A DNA stretch of 64,000 bases from an uncultured Alphaproteobacteria bacterium (GTDB taxonomy: Bacteria; Pseudomonadota; Alphaproteobacteria; JAJFIK01): contig CAZFWG010000003.1 in assembly GCA_964522525.1 (NCBI GenBank), positions 22,067-86,066 of the forward strand, in the 5' to 3' direction. Of the stretch, positions 19,763-28,041 are shown one piece after another. Every line of letters starts with the position of its first letter. Positions within the stretch are counted from its first letter, which is position 1. The notes under the pieces were generated by a model. The model had not been told where the DNA came from, did no database searches, and saw only the letters and a program-made list of their open reading frames with translations. Both the position numbers and the translations under genes were made by a program.

Positions 19763-19837
19763 GGGCACGTAGCTCAGTGGGAGAGCACTGTCTTCACACG
19801 GCAGGGGTCGCTGGTTCAATCCCAGCCGTGCCCACCA
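19763..19837 (+). tRNA. tRNA-Val (anticodon CAC)
   Basis: Acceptor stem GGGCACG/CGTGCCC, D-arm TAGCTCAGTGGGAGAGC, anticodon loop TTCACAC, T-loop GTTCAATC and encoded 3' CCA. Confidence 0.97.
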
Positions 19838-20004
19838 TCCTTTCACCTACCCACAATTCGCGTTGGGGCATGATCCGCCCACCCCAGGATCGCTCCCTTT
19901 TTCATCGCAACTTGCGGATCGAGTTGCGCGGACGGACGATCGGGATCCGCCGTTCTCCATGCCAGCCCTGTCAGCTCTGATCCTCGCGGACCATGGCCGC
20001 CGCG

Positions 20005-20721
20005 TCATTTGACGGGCGCTGGGTCTGACGGGCGCTGGGTCAGCCACAGAAACGCGGCAACGCTGAAGCCCGTGGCCTCCAGGATCACCGCCATGATGAC
20101 GAGCTGATACCGCACCGCGATCAGGGGATCGACACCGGCGATGATCTGGCCCGTCATCATGCCCGGCAGGGCGACGAGCCCGACGGCCAGAAGCGCGTTC
20201 ACTTGGGGGATCATGGCGGCGATCCAAGCCTCGCGCCGGGCATCGACCCGACTTGCGCCCGTCTCTTCCTCCCGCGCCAGCCTCTCAGCAGCAATTGTGA
20301 TCCCCGTCATCGCATTGGAGAAGACCATGCCGGCAATGGGCACGGTCAGGCGCAGATCCGAGAAGGGTTGGGTCAGCCCGAGCACGACAATCAAGACGAA
20401 CACCAAGGTGCCGCCGCCGCCCAGCAGGAGCGCCAGCAGAGCATGGGGCAGCGCCCGGCTCCAGCGGTCCTTTTCGACAAGCCGCGTGGCGATCACGGCG
20501 GAGACCGTGACCATGACCGCGACCACCAGAATGCCGAGCCAGACGGCTTCTCCCGTGAACAGGACCTTGAGCACGAAGCCAATGGCGACGAGCTGCACGG
20601 ACATGCGAATGGCGGCATAGACAATCTCGCCGCCCCGTCCCGCCCAGCGCCAAGCGATAAGAACAATGCCGAGCACCGGCACAAGGCTCAGGAATAGGGC
20701 TGATACCGTGATTTCGGGCAT
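20005..20721 (-). CDS. ABC transporter permease, FetB/YbbM (UPF0014) family
   Basis: RMSVQLVAIGFVL, PIAGMVFSNAM, GLVALPGMMTGQIIAG and AVRYQLVIM. Start trimmed to MPEITV. Confidence 0.9.
   Translation of the reverse strand: MPEITVSALFLSLVPVLGIVLIAWRWAGRGGEIVYAAIRMSVQLVAIGFVLKVLFTGEAVWLGILVVAVMVTVSAVIATRLVEKDRWSRALPHALLALLLGGGGTLVFVLIVVLGLTQPFSDLRLTVPIAGMVFSNAMTGITIAAERLAREEETGASRVDARREAWIAAMIPQVNALLAVGLVALPGMMTGQIIAGVDPLIAVRYQLVIMAVILEATGFSVAAFLWLTQRPSDPAPVK
20010..20041. repeat. Perfect 16-bp tandem duplication
   Basis: TGACGGGCGCTGGGTC at 20010-20025 and again at 20026-20041. Confidence 0.9.
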
Positions 20722-20853
20722 GTCCCCTCCTCTTTCCCCGCCCGCCGTCGCGCATTCGCGGACAGGTGCGGATGGGAGGGGGATCCTATCAGCGCGGGCG
20801 GCAAAGATCTGCGCGGCCCGCCGCAGCACCGGTTCGGCGCGCGGAAGAATGGA

Positions 20854-21282
20854 TCAGAAACGGGGATCCCGGAGGGACATGCGGGTCGTCGCGCCGTCCC
20901 CATCGGTGATGGTCATCTCGATCTCCTCACCAATCGTCTCGAAGCCTATCAGCATGTCATCGACCCTGAAACTGCCGTGGCCCGCCTCGTCATCACCGAG
21001 AAAGGCTTCGGTGATGTCGCGGGACAGATCCGTGAGAAGACGTCTTTGGAGGGCTCGTGAAAAGCCATCTTCAGCCCCAGGAACGGCCTTTGCCTCTTCA
21101 TTTGCAGACGGAACCGAGGCCTCGCGCGGCGGCGCCGGAGGGTCGGCGGGAAACGCGCGGCCATCGGATGGGGGCGCCAACGATCCCAAAACGAATTCCT
21201 CCGCATGGGCCTTGAAGAATGACAAAGAAAGAACGAGCCCGAACCCGAAGGCAAGGGTCCCAACGATCATCTGCTGGCGCAT
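20854..21282 (-). CDS. Divergent CsgF-like (curli secretion accessory) exported protein
   Basis: Signal peptide (AHA/EE). The C-terminal half F.R.LQRRLL..LS..I.EA.LG.....GSF.......FE.....I.MTITD..G.TT follows the alphaproteobacterial CsgF pattern. Confidence 0.65.
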   Translation of the reverse strand: MRQQMIVGTLAFGFGLVLSLSFFKAHAEEFVLGSLAPPSDGRAFPADPPAPPREASVPSANEEAKAVPGAEDGFSRALQRRLLTDLSRDITEAFLGDDEAGHGSFRVDDMLIGFETIGEEIEMTITDGDGATTRMSLRDPRF

Positions 21283-21310
21283 TCAGGTCTCCCGTGAGGC
21301 GGCGCGGCCT

Positions 21311-21658
21311 TCAGAGGTCTGTTTCGGATGAGAGCACCGGAGCGGAACCGGCATTTTCATGGCGGGAGCAGGTAAACATGCGGCCCCAGGAATCACTCAC
21401 GGTGAGGCGCGCATGAACGGCGAGATCAAGGGACTTGCCGACGCCGATGGTGGCCAGTGTCATGTTTCCATCGGCACCAATCACGACCTCCCCGCTTTGC
21501 CTGCTTTGGACTGTGCCTAATACGGATGATTTACGGATGACAAACTCATAGCTCAAGGGCAGCGCATGGGCGGTTTTCTCAATGGCGCCCCTGGCGATGA
21601 AATTCAGGCATTCACCGCTGTCTTTGACATCAATTCGGCATGCGAAGGGTTTATCCAT
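21311..21658 (-). CDS. CsgH-like protein, no signal peptide in frame (possibly a 5'-eroded gene)
   Basis: About 100-aa beta-rich domain bracketed by two Cys (FAC...FTC) with Y.FVIRKS..G...S.QSG.V...A.LTV, the CsgH pattern. In-frame TAA at 21689-21691. Confidence 0.55.
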   Translation of the reverse strand: MDKPFACRIDVKDSGECLNFIARGAIEKTAHALPLSYEFVIRKSSVLGTVQSRQSGEVVIGADGNMTLATIGVGKSLDLAVHARLTVSDSWGRMFTCSRHENAGSAPVLSSETDL

Positions 21659-22013
21659 AACGGCTCTGGGCGTTTGTTGGATTTGAGCTTATTCAGGAGC
21701 GGCAAGGCAATCGCGCGAACAACGGAAATAACCGGAGGAGCCGCTATCGGAACCGGCCACTATGGTTGGCCAGAACCTTTCCATGTCCGACCATAAGCTT
21801 CTTTGCATACGGAGCGAAGCGCAATTTCCATGCTTATGCGATCGTTTTTCCGGTGTGTTGCCAGCCCGCCACAGAAATGTGGATCTAGACCGTCAATGGA
21901 CGGAGGACCGGCGACGACGAATCGGCCCCCTTATCCCCAGCCTGTGCAAAAGACAAAAGCCTTCCCTCGGGAATCACCGGAGCATTTTCACGTCAACAAC
22001 CAAAAAGAAAGCA

Positions 22014-22994
22014 TCAGGAGATTTCATCCGGTTTGAGCGCAAAAAAGCGATAGACCTGGAGCTGCCCGTTTTTGAGGGCGTTGAGCCGCTCCGACCACAT
22101 CTCGGCCTGCTGGGCGAGTGCCGCCAGAAAGGTCTGACGATCAGTAACTTGTTCGTCGTCGTCTTCAATGAGCTTCATCAGCGCTCCCCATCCATGGGAC
22201 GATGCGCTGATCAGATCCACATAGTTCTGGCTAATATCCTTCCGCACACGAACATCAAAACCGACACTGGTCAACAGGTTTACATGTTCGTCGGCCGCCC
22301 GCAATTGCGGCTTGCCCCAGAAGTCGGAAAAAGCCTGATCGGCGAGCATATCCGGATCACCGGTGTCGGAGACCACATAGTCGGTGAGCAAAATGCTCCC
22401 GCCCGGACGCAAGGATTCGTACACCTGTGCGATGACGCGCTCCTTGTGCTCCATATGGTGGAGTTCATCGCGCACAATGATGATGTGGAACTTGCGCGGC
22501 GGCAGGGCCGTCTCGACCGGATCAAAATGTTGCACATTGATCTTACGGGCGAGACCCGCCATCAGGCACTGTTCGCTCGCCGGTTCAATAAGATCCGCCC
22601 GCGTCTCAAATCCCGAGATCCAGATGCCGCTCTCCCGGCAGATCTCCCGGGCGGGACCGCCAAGGCCAAGACCGACAAAGGCGAGGCTCTTGTCGCGGGA
22701 AATACCGAATTGGCTGACAAGGTCCAGAATGAAGGCGGCATCGCCGGGACCCAGATACCCCTCCCCCCAGAGAGCCTGGGCGATGGTCAGATGGGCGGCG
22801 AGTTGGGGCACCTTTGGTGAATATTGAATGACCGAGGGCGTTTCCGACTGTTCTGTCTGCGGAGCCATGGACGGCGCGGCAAGGTCATCGGGTTCGAGGT
22901 CGGCGAGGTCAACACCTTCCCACCACGCCAGGAACCGTCGCCGCATATGCGTGACATCCACTTTCAGAATTGGAATCGCATTTTTGTTCCGCAT
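22014..22994 (-). CDS. Class I SAM-dependent methyltransferase-domain protein
   Basis: LWGEGYLGPG, GLGLGGPAR and LRPGGSILLTDY motifs, with an N-terminal AWWEG motif. Confidence 0.8.
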   Translation of the reverse strand: MRNKNAIPILKVDVTHMRRRFLAWWEGVDLADLEPDDLAAPSMAPQTEQSETPSVIQYSPKVPQLAAHLTIAQALWGEGYLGPGDAAFILDLVSQFGISRDKSLAFVGLGLGGPAREICRESGIWISGFETRADLIEPASEQCLMAGLARKINVQHFDPVETALPPRKFHIIIVRDELHHMEHKERVIAQVYESLRPGGSILLTDYVVSDTGDPDMLADQAFSDFWGKPQLRAADEHVNLLTSVGFDVRVRKDISQNYVDLISASSHGWGALMKLIEDDDEQVTDRQTFLAALAQQAEMWSERLNALKNGQLQVYRFFALKPDEIS

Positions 22995-23057
22995 GGCCCA
23001 CGCCCCACGGCCACCTCCCATGGCTCCTGCTACCGGAACAGTTAGAGCAAATTTCCA

Positions 23058-23072
23058 TTAAACATTTCCTAA
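23058..23072. promoter_or_regulatory. CtrA-like binding site
   Basis: TTAA-ACATTTC-CTAA, one mismatch to TTAA-N7-TTAA, 64 bp upstream of the methyltransferase ATG. Confidence 0.45.
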
Positions 23073-24064
23073 GTGTCTTGTTGAGTCGTCGGTGTATCCG
23101 CTGGCTCCTCGGCGGGACAGGATGCCGTCGCGCGTGCGTTAGGAAGGGCGGCACTCCACTGCGCGATATCCCGCCATACGGTCTCGGCGGAGAGATCCCG
23201 CAGGATCATGTGGTAGCCATTTGGATACAATCGAACCTGTGCACCATTCCGGCACAACACACCGATCACGTCGCCGATCGGCGCGGCGGGAATGATCTCG
23301 TCCTTCTGCCCGAACACCAGAAGCGTCGGCGCCTTGATTTGGGGCGCAGCCTTGTAGGCCCGATCCATCAGGCCCACGAGACCATAGATCGCGTCGGCGC
23401 GCGTGCCCTTGATCACCAGGGGATCGGTGCTGAAACGGCGCAACATATCGATATTGTCCGAGGGGCGAATATCAAACCGTCCACCCGTGAATGTCTTCCA
23501 TGGGACCGTGTGCGCCGTGAGCCAAAGGGCCGCCCGGTGGGGAAAGGGGAGCGCGGACCACCCCCAAATGGCGGGCGCGGCCAGGATGACGCCGTCAGGC
23601 GCGACAAAGTCTTCGGCCACGGCCGCCATCACCACGGCGGCACCCATGCTGTGCCCCAGAAGATAGACCGGCAGCGTAGGATGACGGGCACGGATCAAAT
23701 CGACGACCATGCCCAGATCGCTCAGGAGCCGGTCCTCCCCCGGCCAAACGCCGCGCTGGTCCGTGTCGCCAAAGCCCCGCTGGTCATAGGCATAAGTCGT
23801 GATCCCGGCCTGGTCCGCCCACCAGGCACCGGACATGGCAAAGGCATTGGAATAGTCATTCATGCCGTGGAGGGCGACGAACACCGCGCGAGGCTCGGCC
23901 GCCGCCCACACCCGCAAGGGCAGAGACGTTCCGTCCGCGGTGAGGATCGTCTCCCCGTTGAAACGTGGCGCAACTGGAGGATCCTCCGAGCCCGGAGCCT
24001 GAACCCGCGGCACGCACGCCGCCAGGACGACGACCCAGAGAATGACAAGCCGGGACAGGCTCAC
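23069..24064 (-). CDS. Lipoprotein alpha/beta hydrolase (lysophospholipase / monoacylglycerol lipase-like)
   Basis: Lipobox LAAC, HGMNDYS, YDQRGFG, GHSMGA and YHMILRD. Confidence 0.88.
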   Translation of the reverse strand: MSLSRLVILWVVVLAACVPRVQAPGSEDPPVAPRFNGETILTADGTSLPLRVWAAAEPRAVFVALHGMNDYSNAFAMSGAWWADQAGITTYAYDQRGFGDTDQRGVWPGEDRLLSDLGMVVDLIRARHPTLPVYLLGHSMGAAVVMAAVAEDFVAPDGVILAAPAIWGWSALPFPHRAALWLTAHTVPWKTFTGGRFDIRPSDNIDMLRRFSTDPLVIKGTRADAIYGLVGLMDRAYKAAPQIKAPTLLVFGQKDEIIPAAPIGDVIGVLCRNGAQVRLYPNGYHMILRDLSAETVWRDIAQWSAALPNARATASCPAEEPADTPTTQQDT

Positions 24065-24687
24065 GCGGACACCTCATCTTGGACGACAAGCGCCGCAACC
24101 CGTTTCTTCAGATGGGGCAGAAGCTCTTCCGTGAACCAAGGGTTCTTCTTGATCCAGGCGTTGTTGCGCCAGGACGGATGGGGCATGGGCAGAAACCGGG
24201 GGCCATAGTCGCGCCAATGGGCCACGGTGTCGGTGAGACGCGCCTTTGCATCCGCCCCCAAATGCCATTTCTGGGCATAGCCGCCCACCAGCAGAACAAG
24301 CTCAAGACGCGGCAGCTGGTCGAAGACCCGCGCACGCCACAGCGGCGCACATTCCTTCCGGGGCGGACGATCGCCGCCCTTGGCGTCGAGACCGGGAAAA
24401 CAAAAGCCCATGGGCACGATGGCAATCCGGCTTTCATCGTAGAAGATGTCGCGCCCCACACCCATCCAATCCCGCAGGCGGTCCCCGGAGGGATCATTGA
24501 AGGGAATGGAGCTCGCATGAACCCGCGTCCCCGGCGCCTGACCCGCAATGCACAGCCGTGCCGTCCCCCGCGCACGGATGATGGGATTGGGATCATGGGG
24601 CAATGGCACCCCCTTGGGCGCCTCGACACAGGCGCGACAGGCCCGGATCTCGCGAAGCAGGGTGTCGAGCGTGGACCGGCCCGTCAT
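24061..24687 (-). CDS. Uracil-DNA glycosylase family protein
   Basis: CRAC, GQAPG, FNDPSGDRLRDW, MGFCFPG and PHPSWRN. Confidence 0.9.
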   Translation of the reverse strand: MTGRSTLDTLLREIRACRACVEAPKGVPLPHDPNPIIRARGTARLCIAGQAPGTRVHASSIPFNDPSGDRLRDWMGVGRDIFYDESRIAIVPMGFCFPGLDAKGGDRPPRKECAPLWRARVFDQLPRLELVLLVGGYAQKWHLGADAKARLTDTVAHWRDYGPRFLPMPHPSWRNNAWIKKNPWFTEELLPHLKKRVAALVVQDEVSA

Positions 24688-24962
24688 ACCGGCCCTTCCC
24701 CGCCCTCGGGCCGACGGGGCAGGCCGAGACGGATCACGCCTTTGACGGCGCGGATATCCACGGGCTTGCCCTTGCGGAAAACCTGAAGGCGGCCTTCATC
24801 CGTGAGCTGAGCGGCGACCTCACGGATCAGGCTCAAATGGGGCCGCCAGTTTTCCGGATCGATCCGGCGGGCCGCCTCCGACGGGCAGATGGTCTTGCCC
24901 GCCCCCCGTGCCGTGACGAGGTCGAGAATGGCCGCGCGGGCCTTGTCCTGGAGGTCTTCCAT
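24684..24962 (-). CDS. DUF3253 domain protein
   Basis: R..GKTICPSEAAR...WR...QK(RK)GKPVD...GVIRL pattern. Confidence 0.85.
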   Translation of the reverse strand: MEDLQDKARAAILDLVTARGAGKTICPSEAARRIDPENWRPHLSLIREVAAQLTDEGRLQVFRKGKPVDIRAVKGVIRLGLPRRPEGGEGPV

Positions 24963-24972
24963 CGGGGTCGAT

Positions 24973-26124
24973 CTAACCGGTGGCCTCTTTCAGCATGGCC
25001 CGGGCGATGACGACTTGTTGGATCTGACTTGTGCCCTCATAGAGCCGGAAGATCCGCACATCCCGGTAGAACCGTTCGATACCGTAGTCGCTCACATAGC
25101 CGGCGCCGCCGAACACCTGGACCGCCCGGTCGGCGACCCGCCCCACCATCTCGGACGCGAAATATTTGCAGCAGGAGGCTTCCTTGGAAACGGGCTCTCC
25201 CCGGTCCCTCTTGAGGGCCGCGTCCGTCACCATGCAGCGGGCGGCATAGGCTTCTGTCTGGCTGTCCGCCAGCAGGGCCTGAACGAGTTGGAAGGTGCCG
25301 ATGGCCTGGCCGAACTGCTTGCGCTCCGCGGCATAGGCCGTCATTTCCCGCACCAAGCGCTCCGCCACCCCGACACAGACGGCGGCAATGTGCAGCCGGC
25401 CGCGATCGAGGACCTGCATCGCGACCTTGAAGCCCTGGCCTTCCTCACCCAGGAGGCAGGACCGGGGAATGCGGCAATTGTCGAACACCACATCGCAGAT
25501 ATGGGCCCCCTGCTGGCCCATCTTCTTTTCCGGCCGCCCGATCGAAATGCCGGGCGTATCGGTGGGCACCAGAAAGGCCGAGATGCCGCCCGCCCCGTCG
25601 ATGGACGGATTGGAGCGCGCCATCAGGGTCAATAGCCCCGCCTTGTTGGCGTTGGTGATGTACCGCTTGGTCCCGTTGATGACATATTCATTACCGTCCG
25701 GGATCGCCGTGGTCCGCACCGCCGCCGCATCGGACCCGGCTTCCGGTTCAGTGAGACAGAAACTGGCAATCACTTCGCCGCTGGCCAGACGGGGCAACCA
25801 TTCTTGCTTCTGGTCTTCCCGCCCGAACATAACGATGCCCTGGCTGCCGATGCCCACATTGGTGCCGATGACGGACCGGAAGGCTGGCGATGTCTGGCCC
25901 AGCTCGAAGGCCACCAGGACCTCCTCCTCCATGTTGAGGCCCAGGCCCCCATAGTCCGTCGGGATCGACAGTCCGAAAAGGCCGAGATCGCGCATCTCCT
26001 GGACGATATGGTCTGGGACGGCGTCGTCCTCGGCCACGGAGGGTTCGATCGGGACCAGACGTTCCGACACAAAACGCTGGACGGTCGCGATCAACTGATT
26101 GCGTGTTTCTTGATCGAGGGCCAT
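24973..26124 (-). CDS. Acyl-CoA dehydrogenase
   Basis: FCLTEPEAGSDA, INGTKRYITN, RKQFGQ, VQVFGGAGY and YEGTSQIQ. Confidence 0.95.
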   Translation of the reverse strand: MALDQETRNQLIATVQRFVSERLVPIEPSVAEDDAVPDHIVQEMRDLGLFGLSIPTDYGGLGLNMEEEVLVAFELGQTSPAFRSVIGTNVGIGSQGIVMFGREDQKQEWLPRLASGEVIASFCLTEPEAGSDAAAVRTTAIPDGNEYVINGTKRYITNANKAGLLTLMARSNPSIDGAGGISAFLVPTDTPGISIGRPEKKMGQQGAHICDVVFDNCRIPRSCLLGEEGQGFKVAMQVLDRGRLHIAAVCVGVAERLVREMTAYAAERKQFGQAIGTFQLVQALLADSQTEAYAARCMVTDAALKRDRGEPVSKEASCCKYFASEMVGRVADRAVQVFGGAGYVSDYGIERFYRDVRIFRLYEGTSQIQQVVIARAMLKEATG

Positions 26125-26238
26125 GGCGGATCTCCGATTTCGGGCAGGAGTCGGTATTGTGTCACGCTAGCTGACCACGGGTTCGACACCTGCGCAACGG
26201 ACGGCCCCGGCCTGGAACAAAGACACGCAGGCCTGAGG

Positions 26239-27384
26239 TCAGTCCTCGTTGTCAGGGTCTTCCGGTTGGGATGCGTCGCCGTCGCGGTCGGATGAGATTT
26301 CCTCGTCGCGGATCGTCACCCGTCCTTCCGGCAGTTTGGGAAGGCGCAATTTGCGGCGGAACACCCGCTCCACGAAGATCCGGCCATGTTCGGGCAAGCC
26401 GCTGAAATCAGGCTCGGTCGTCACGATCGGCGTTCTGGACACTTCCCGCGTGCCCCGGATCAGATCGGCGATGGACCAATCATAGGAGTCGGCCTTCAGC
26501 CGCAAATCCGCATTGAGCAGGGGCTTGACCTCTTCATTCGCATACGCGCGCAAATGCGCATAGAGATCGTCCGGCCAGTTCGGGAAAAAAGCGGCCCGGG
26601 CCTCGGCATAGAGTTCGGACACATGAAGCTTCTTGCCGCGTCGATCGACACCGCGCAGGGAATTGACGAATTCGGTGGCCGCCTCGTTCAGCAAGGCATT
26701 GAGATTGGTGCTGTCAAAAGCGGTATCGCGAATGCTCGGCCCCCCAATGACCCCCAGGAAGAAACCGTACATCACCTTGGGGTCGTTCCAATGGCGATAG
26801 ACAATCCGCAAGCGGATATCATTCAGGCTGAGGGGCACGCCGGCAATCGTCACGACCGGTTCCTCATAGAGGCTTTCCCGGCGCCTCCTGAGTTCGGCGA
26901 CGGGATAGATCTCACTAATCCGTTCAATGATCGCAACGTTATGAAGGTTGAGCCAGAAAGCGAGCTGTTCATCCCGGTTCAGGCGGTGGAACTGAAGGTC
27001 TTCATTTGCGGTCCGTTCAAGATCCGCACGATATTCCGAGACGGTCTCGAGGACATCCTTCGGCAAAAGGCTGAACACCACACGGTTCGCTTCAAACCGA
27101 TACGGACCCCGATGACCCACCCAAAGCCGTGTCCCGCTCTGCACGGGTGTGCCGCTGACCCGGCGGCGATCGGGAAATCCCACATCCAAGACGGCGCTGG
27201 TCAGAAACCGGGTCCACAGACCGTAGTCCAGGCTTGTCCGGCCCTTGGGATCAAAGCGGGCAAAATAGGAAAGGTCCCGCTCCGGCGAAGAGGCGGGCTG
27301 CGCATTCTCCGCATGGGCCTCGTCCGGTCCCAAGACCACGACCGCCATCAACGCCAAACCGATCGTCCACCAGCCCTCACGCAT
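26239..27384 (-). CDS. Exported DUF547 domain protein
   Basis: Signal peptide; AFWLNLHNVAII, LSLNDI and YDWSI motifs. Start trimmed to MREGWW. Confidence 0.8.
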   Translation of the reverse strand: MREGWWTIGLALMAVVVLGPDEAHAENAQPASSPERDLSYFARFDPKGRTSLDYGLWTRFLTSAVLDVGFPDRRRVSGTPVQSGTRLWVGHRGPYRFEANRVVFSLLPKDVLETVSEYRADLERTANEDLQFHRLNRDEQLAFWLNLHNVAIIERISEIYPVAELRRRRESLYEEPVVTIAGVPLSLNDIRLRIVYRHWNDPKVMYGFFLGVIGGPSIRDTAFDSTNLNALLNEAATEFVNSLRGVDRRGKKLHVSELYAEARAAFFPNWPDDLYAHLRAYANEEVKPLLNADLRLKADSYDWSIADLIRGTREVSRTPIVTTEPDFSGLPEHGRIFVERVFRRKLRLPKLPEGRVTIRDEEISSDRDGDASQPEDPDNED

Positions 27385-27606
27385 GGCATACACCCCTATC
27401 CGTTGCCGCGCTCGACACGTTCTGCCGTCGGATACCATGAACTACAATCAAAGGCATAGGCCGTCCATTCACTTTCAACCTTCCTGGTGCCCCGCTCCGG
27501 AAACGCGCTGTTCCGCACGGGCCCGACGGGATGGGTGGTTGCCGCATGCCGTTGATCTTGCCAAGGTCTCCAAGTGGCGACGACGATAATGGGCAGGAAC
27601 ACCGCG

Positions 27607-28041
27607 ATGGATGGAACGACGGCACGCTTGGCGGACTACCAGAAATGGGAGGGCTTTGACCCTTTCGAGGAGCACACCGGTCCGTTTTACTACCGCGAGG
27701 CGTCGCCCGGTCGCTTCTCTTGTGCCTTTCCCGCCGAGCGGCGCCATGTGAATGCCTCGGGCGCGATCCATGGCGGCTGTCTGATGAGCTTCGCCGACTA
27801 CAGCCTGTTTGTGTTCGCCAAACCCGCCCTGACAACCGGTTCCGCCGTCACCATTTCCTTTGCCTCGGAATTTGTGGATGCGGGCTTTGAAGGGGATTTC
27901 GTGGAAGCGGAAGGGGAGATGGTGCGGGAGACCGGCAGCCTGATCTTTTCACGCGGTACGGTCTTCACGCGCCGTGGGGAACAAATGATCACGCTCCTGA
28001 CTTTTTCGGGCGTTCTCAAGAAGATCCGGAATCCCGGCTGA
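27607..28041 (+). CDS. PaaI-family thioesterase
   Basis: N..GAIHGGCLMSFAD hot-dog-fold motif. Confidence 0.88.
   Translation: MDGTTARLADYQKWEGFDPFEEHTGPFYYREASPGRFSCAFPAERRHVNASGAIHGGCLMSFADYSLFVFAKPALTTGSAVTISFASEFVDAGFEGDFVEAEGEMVRETGSLIFSRGTVFTRRGEQMITLLTFSGVLKKIRNPG

Noticed and set aside
19811-19837. tRNA-Val 3' end as an attL/attR of an integrated element
   Set aside because: I found no convincing second copy. The best match noticed, CGTGCCCACCA near 741-751 inside rarD, is 11 bp and compatible with chance. No integrase is present.
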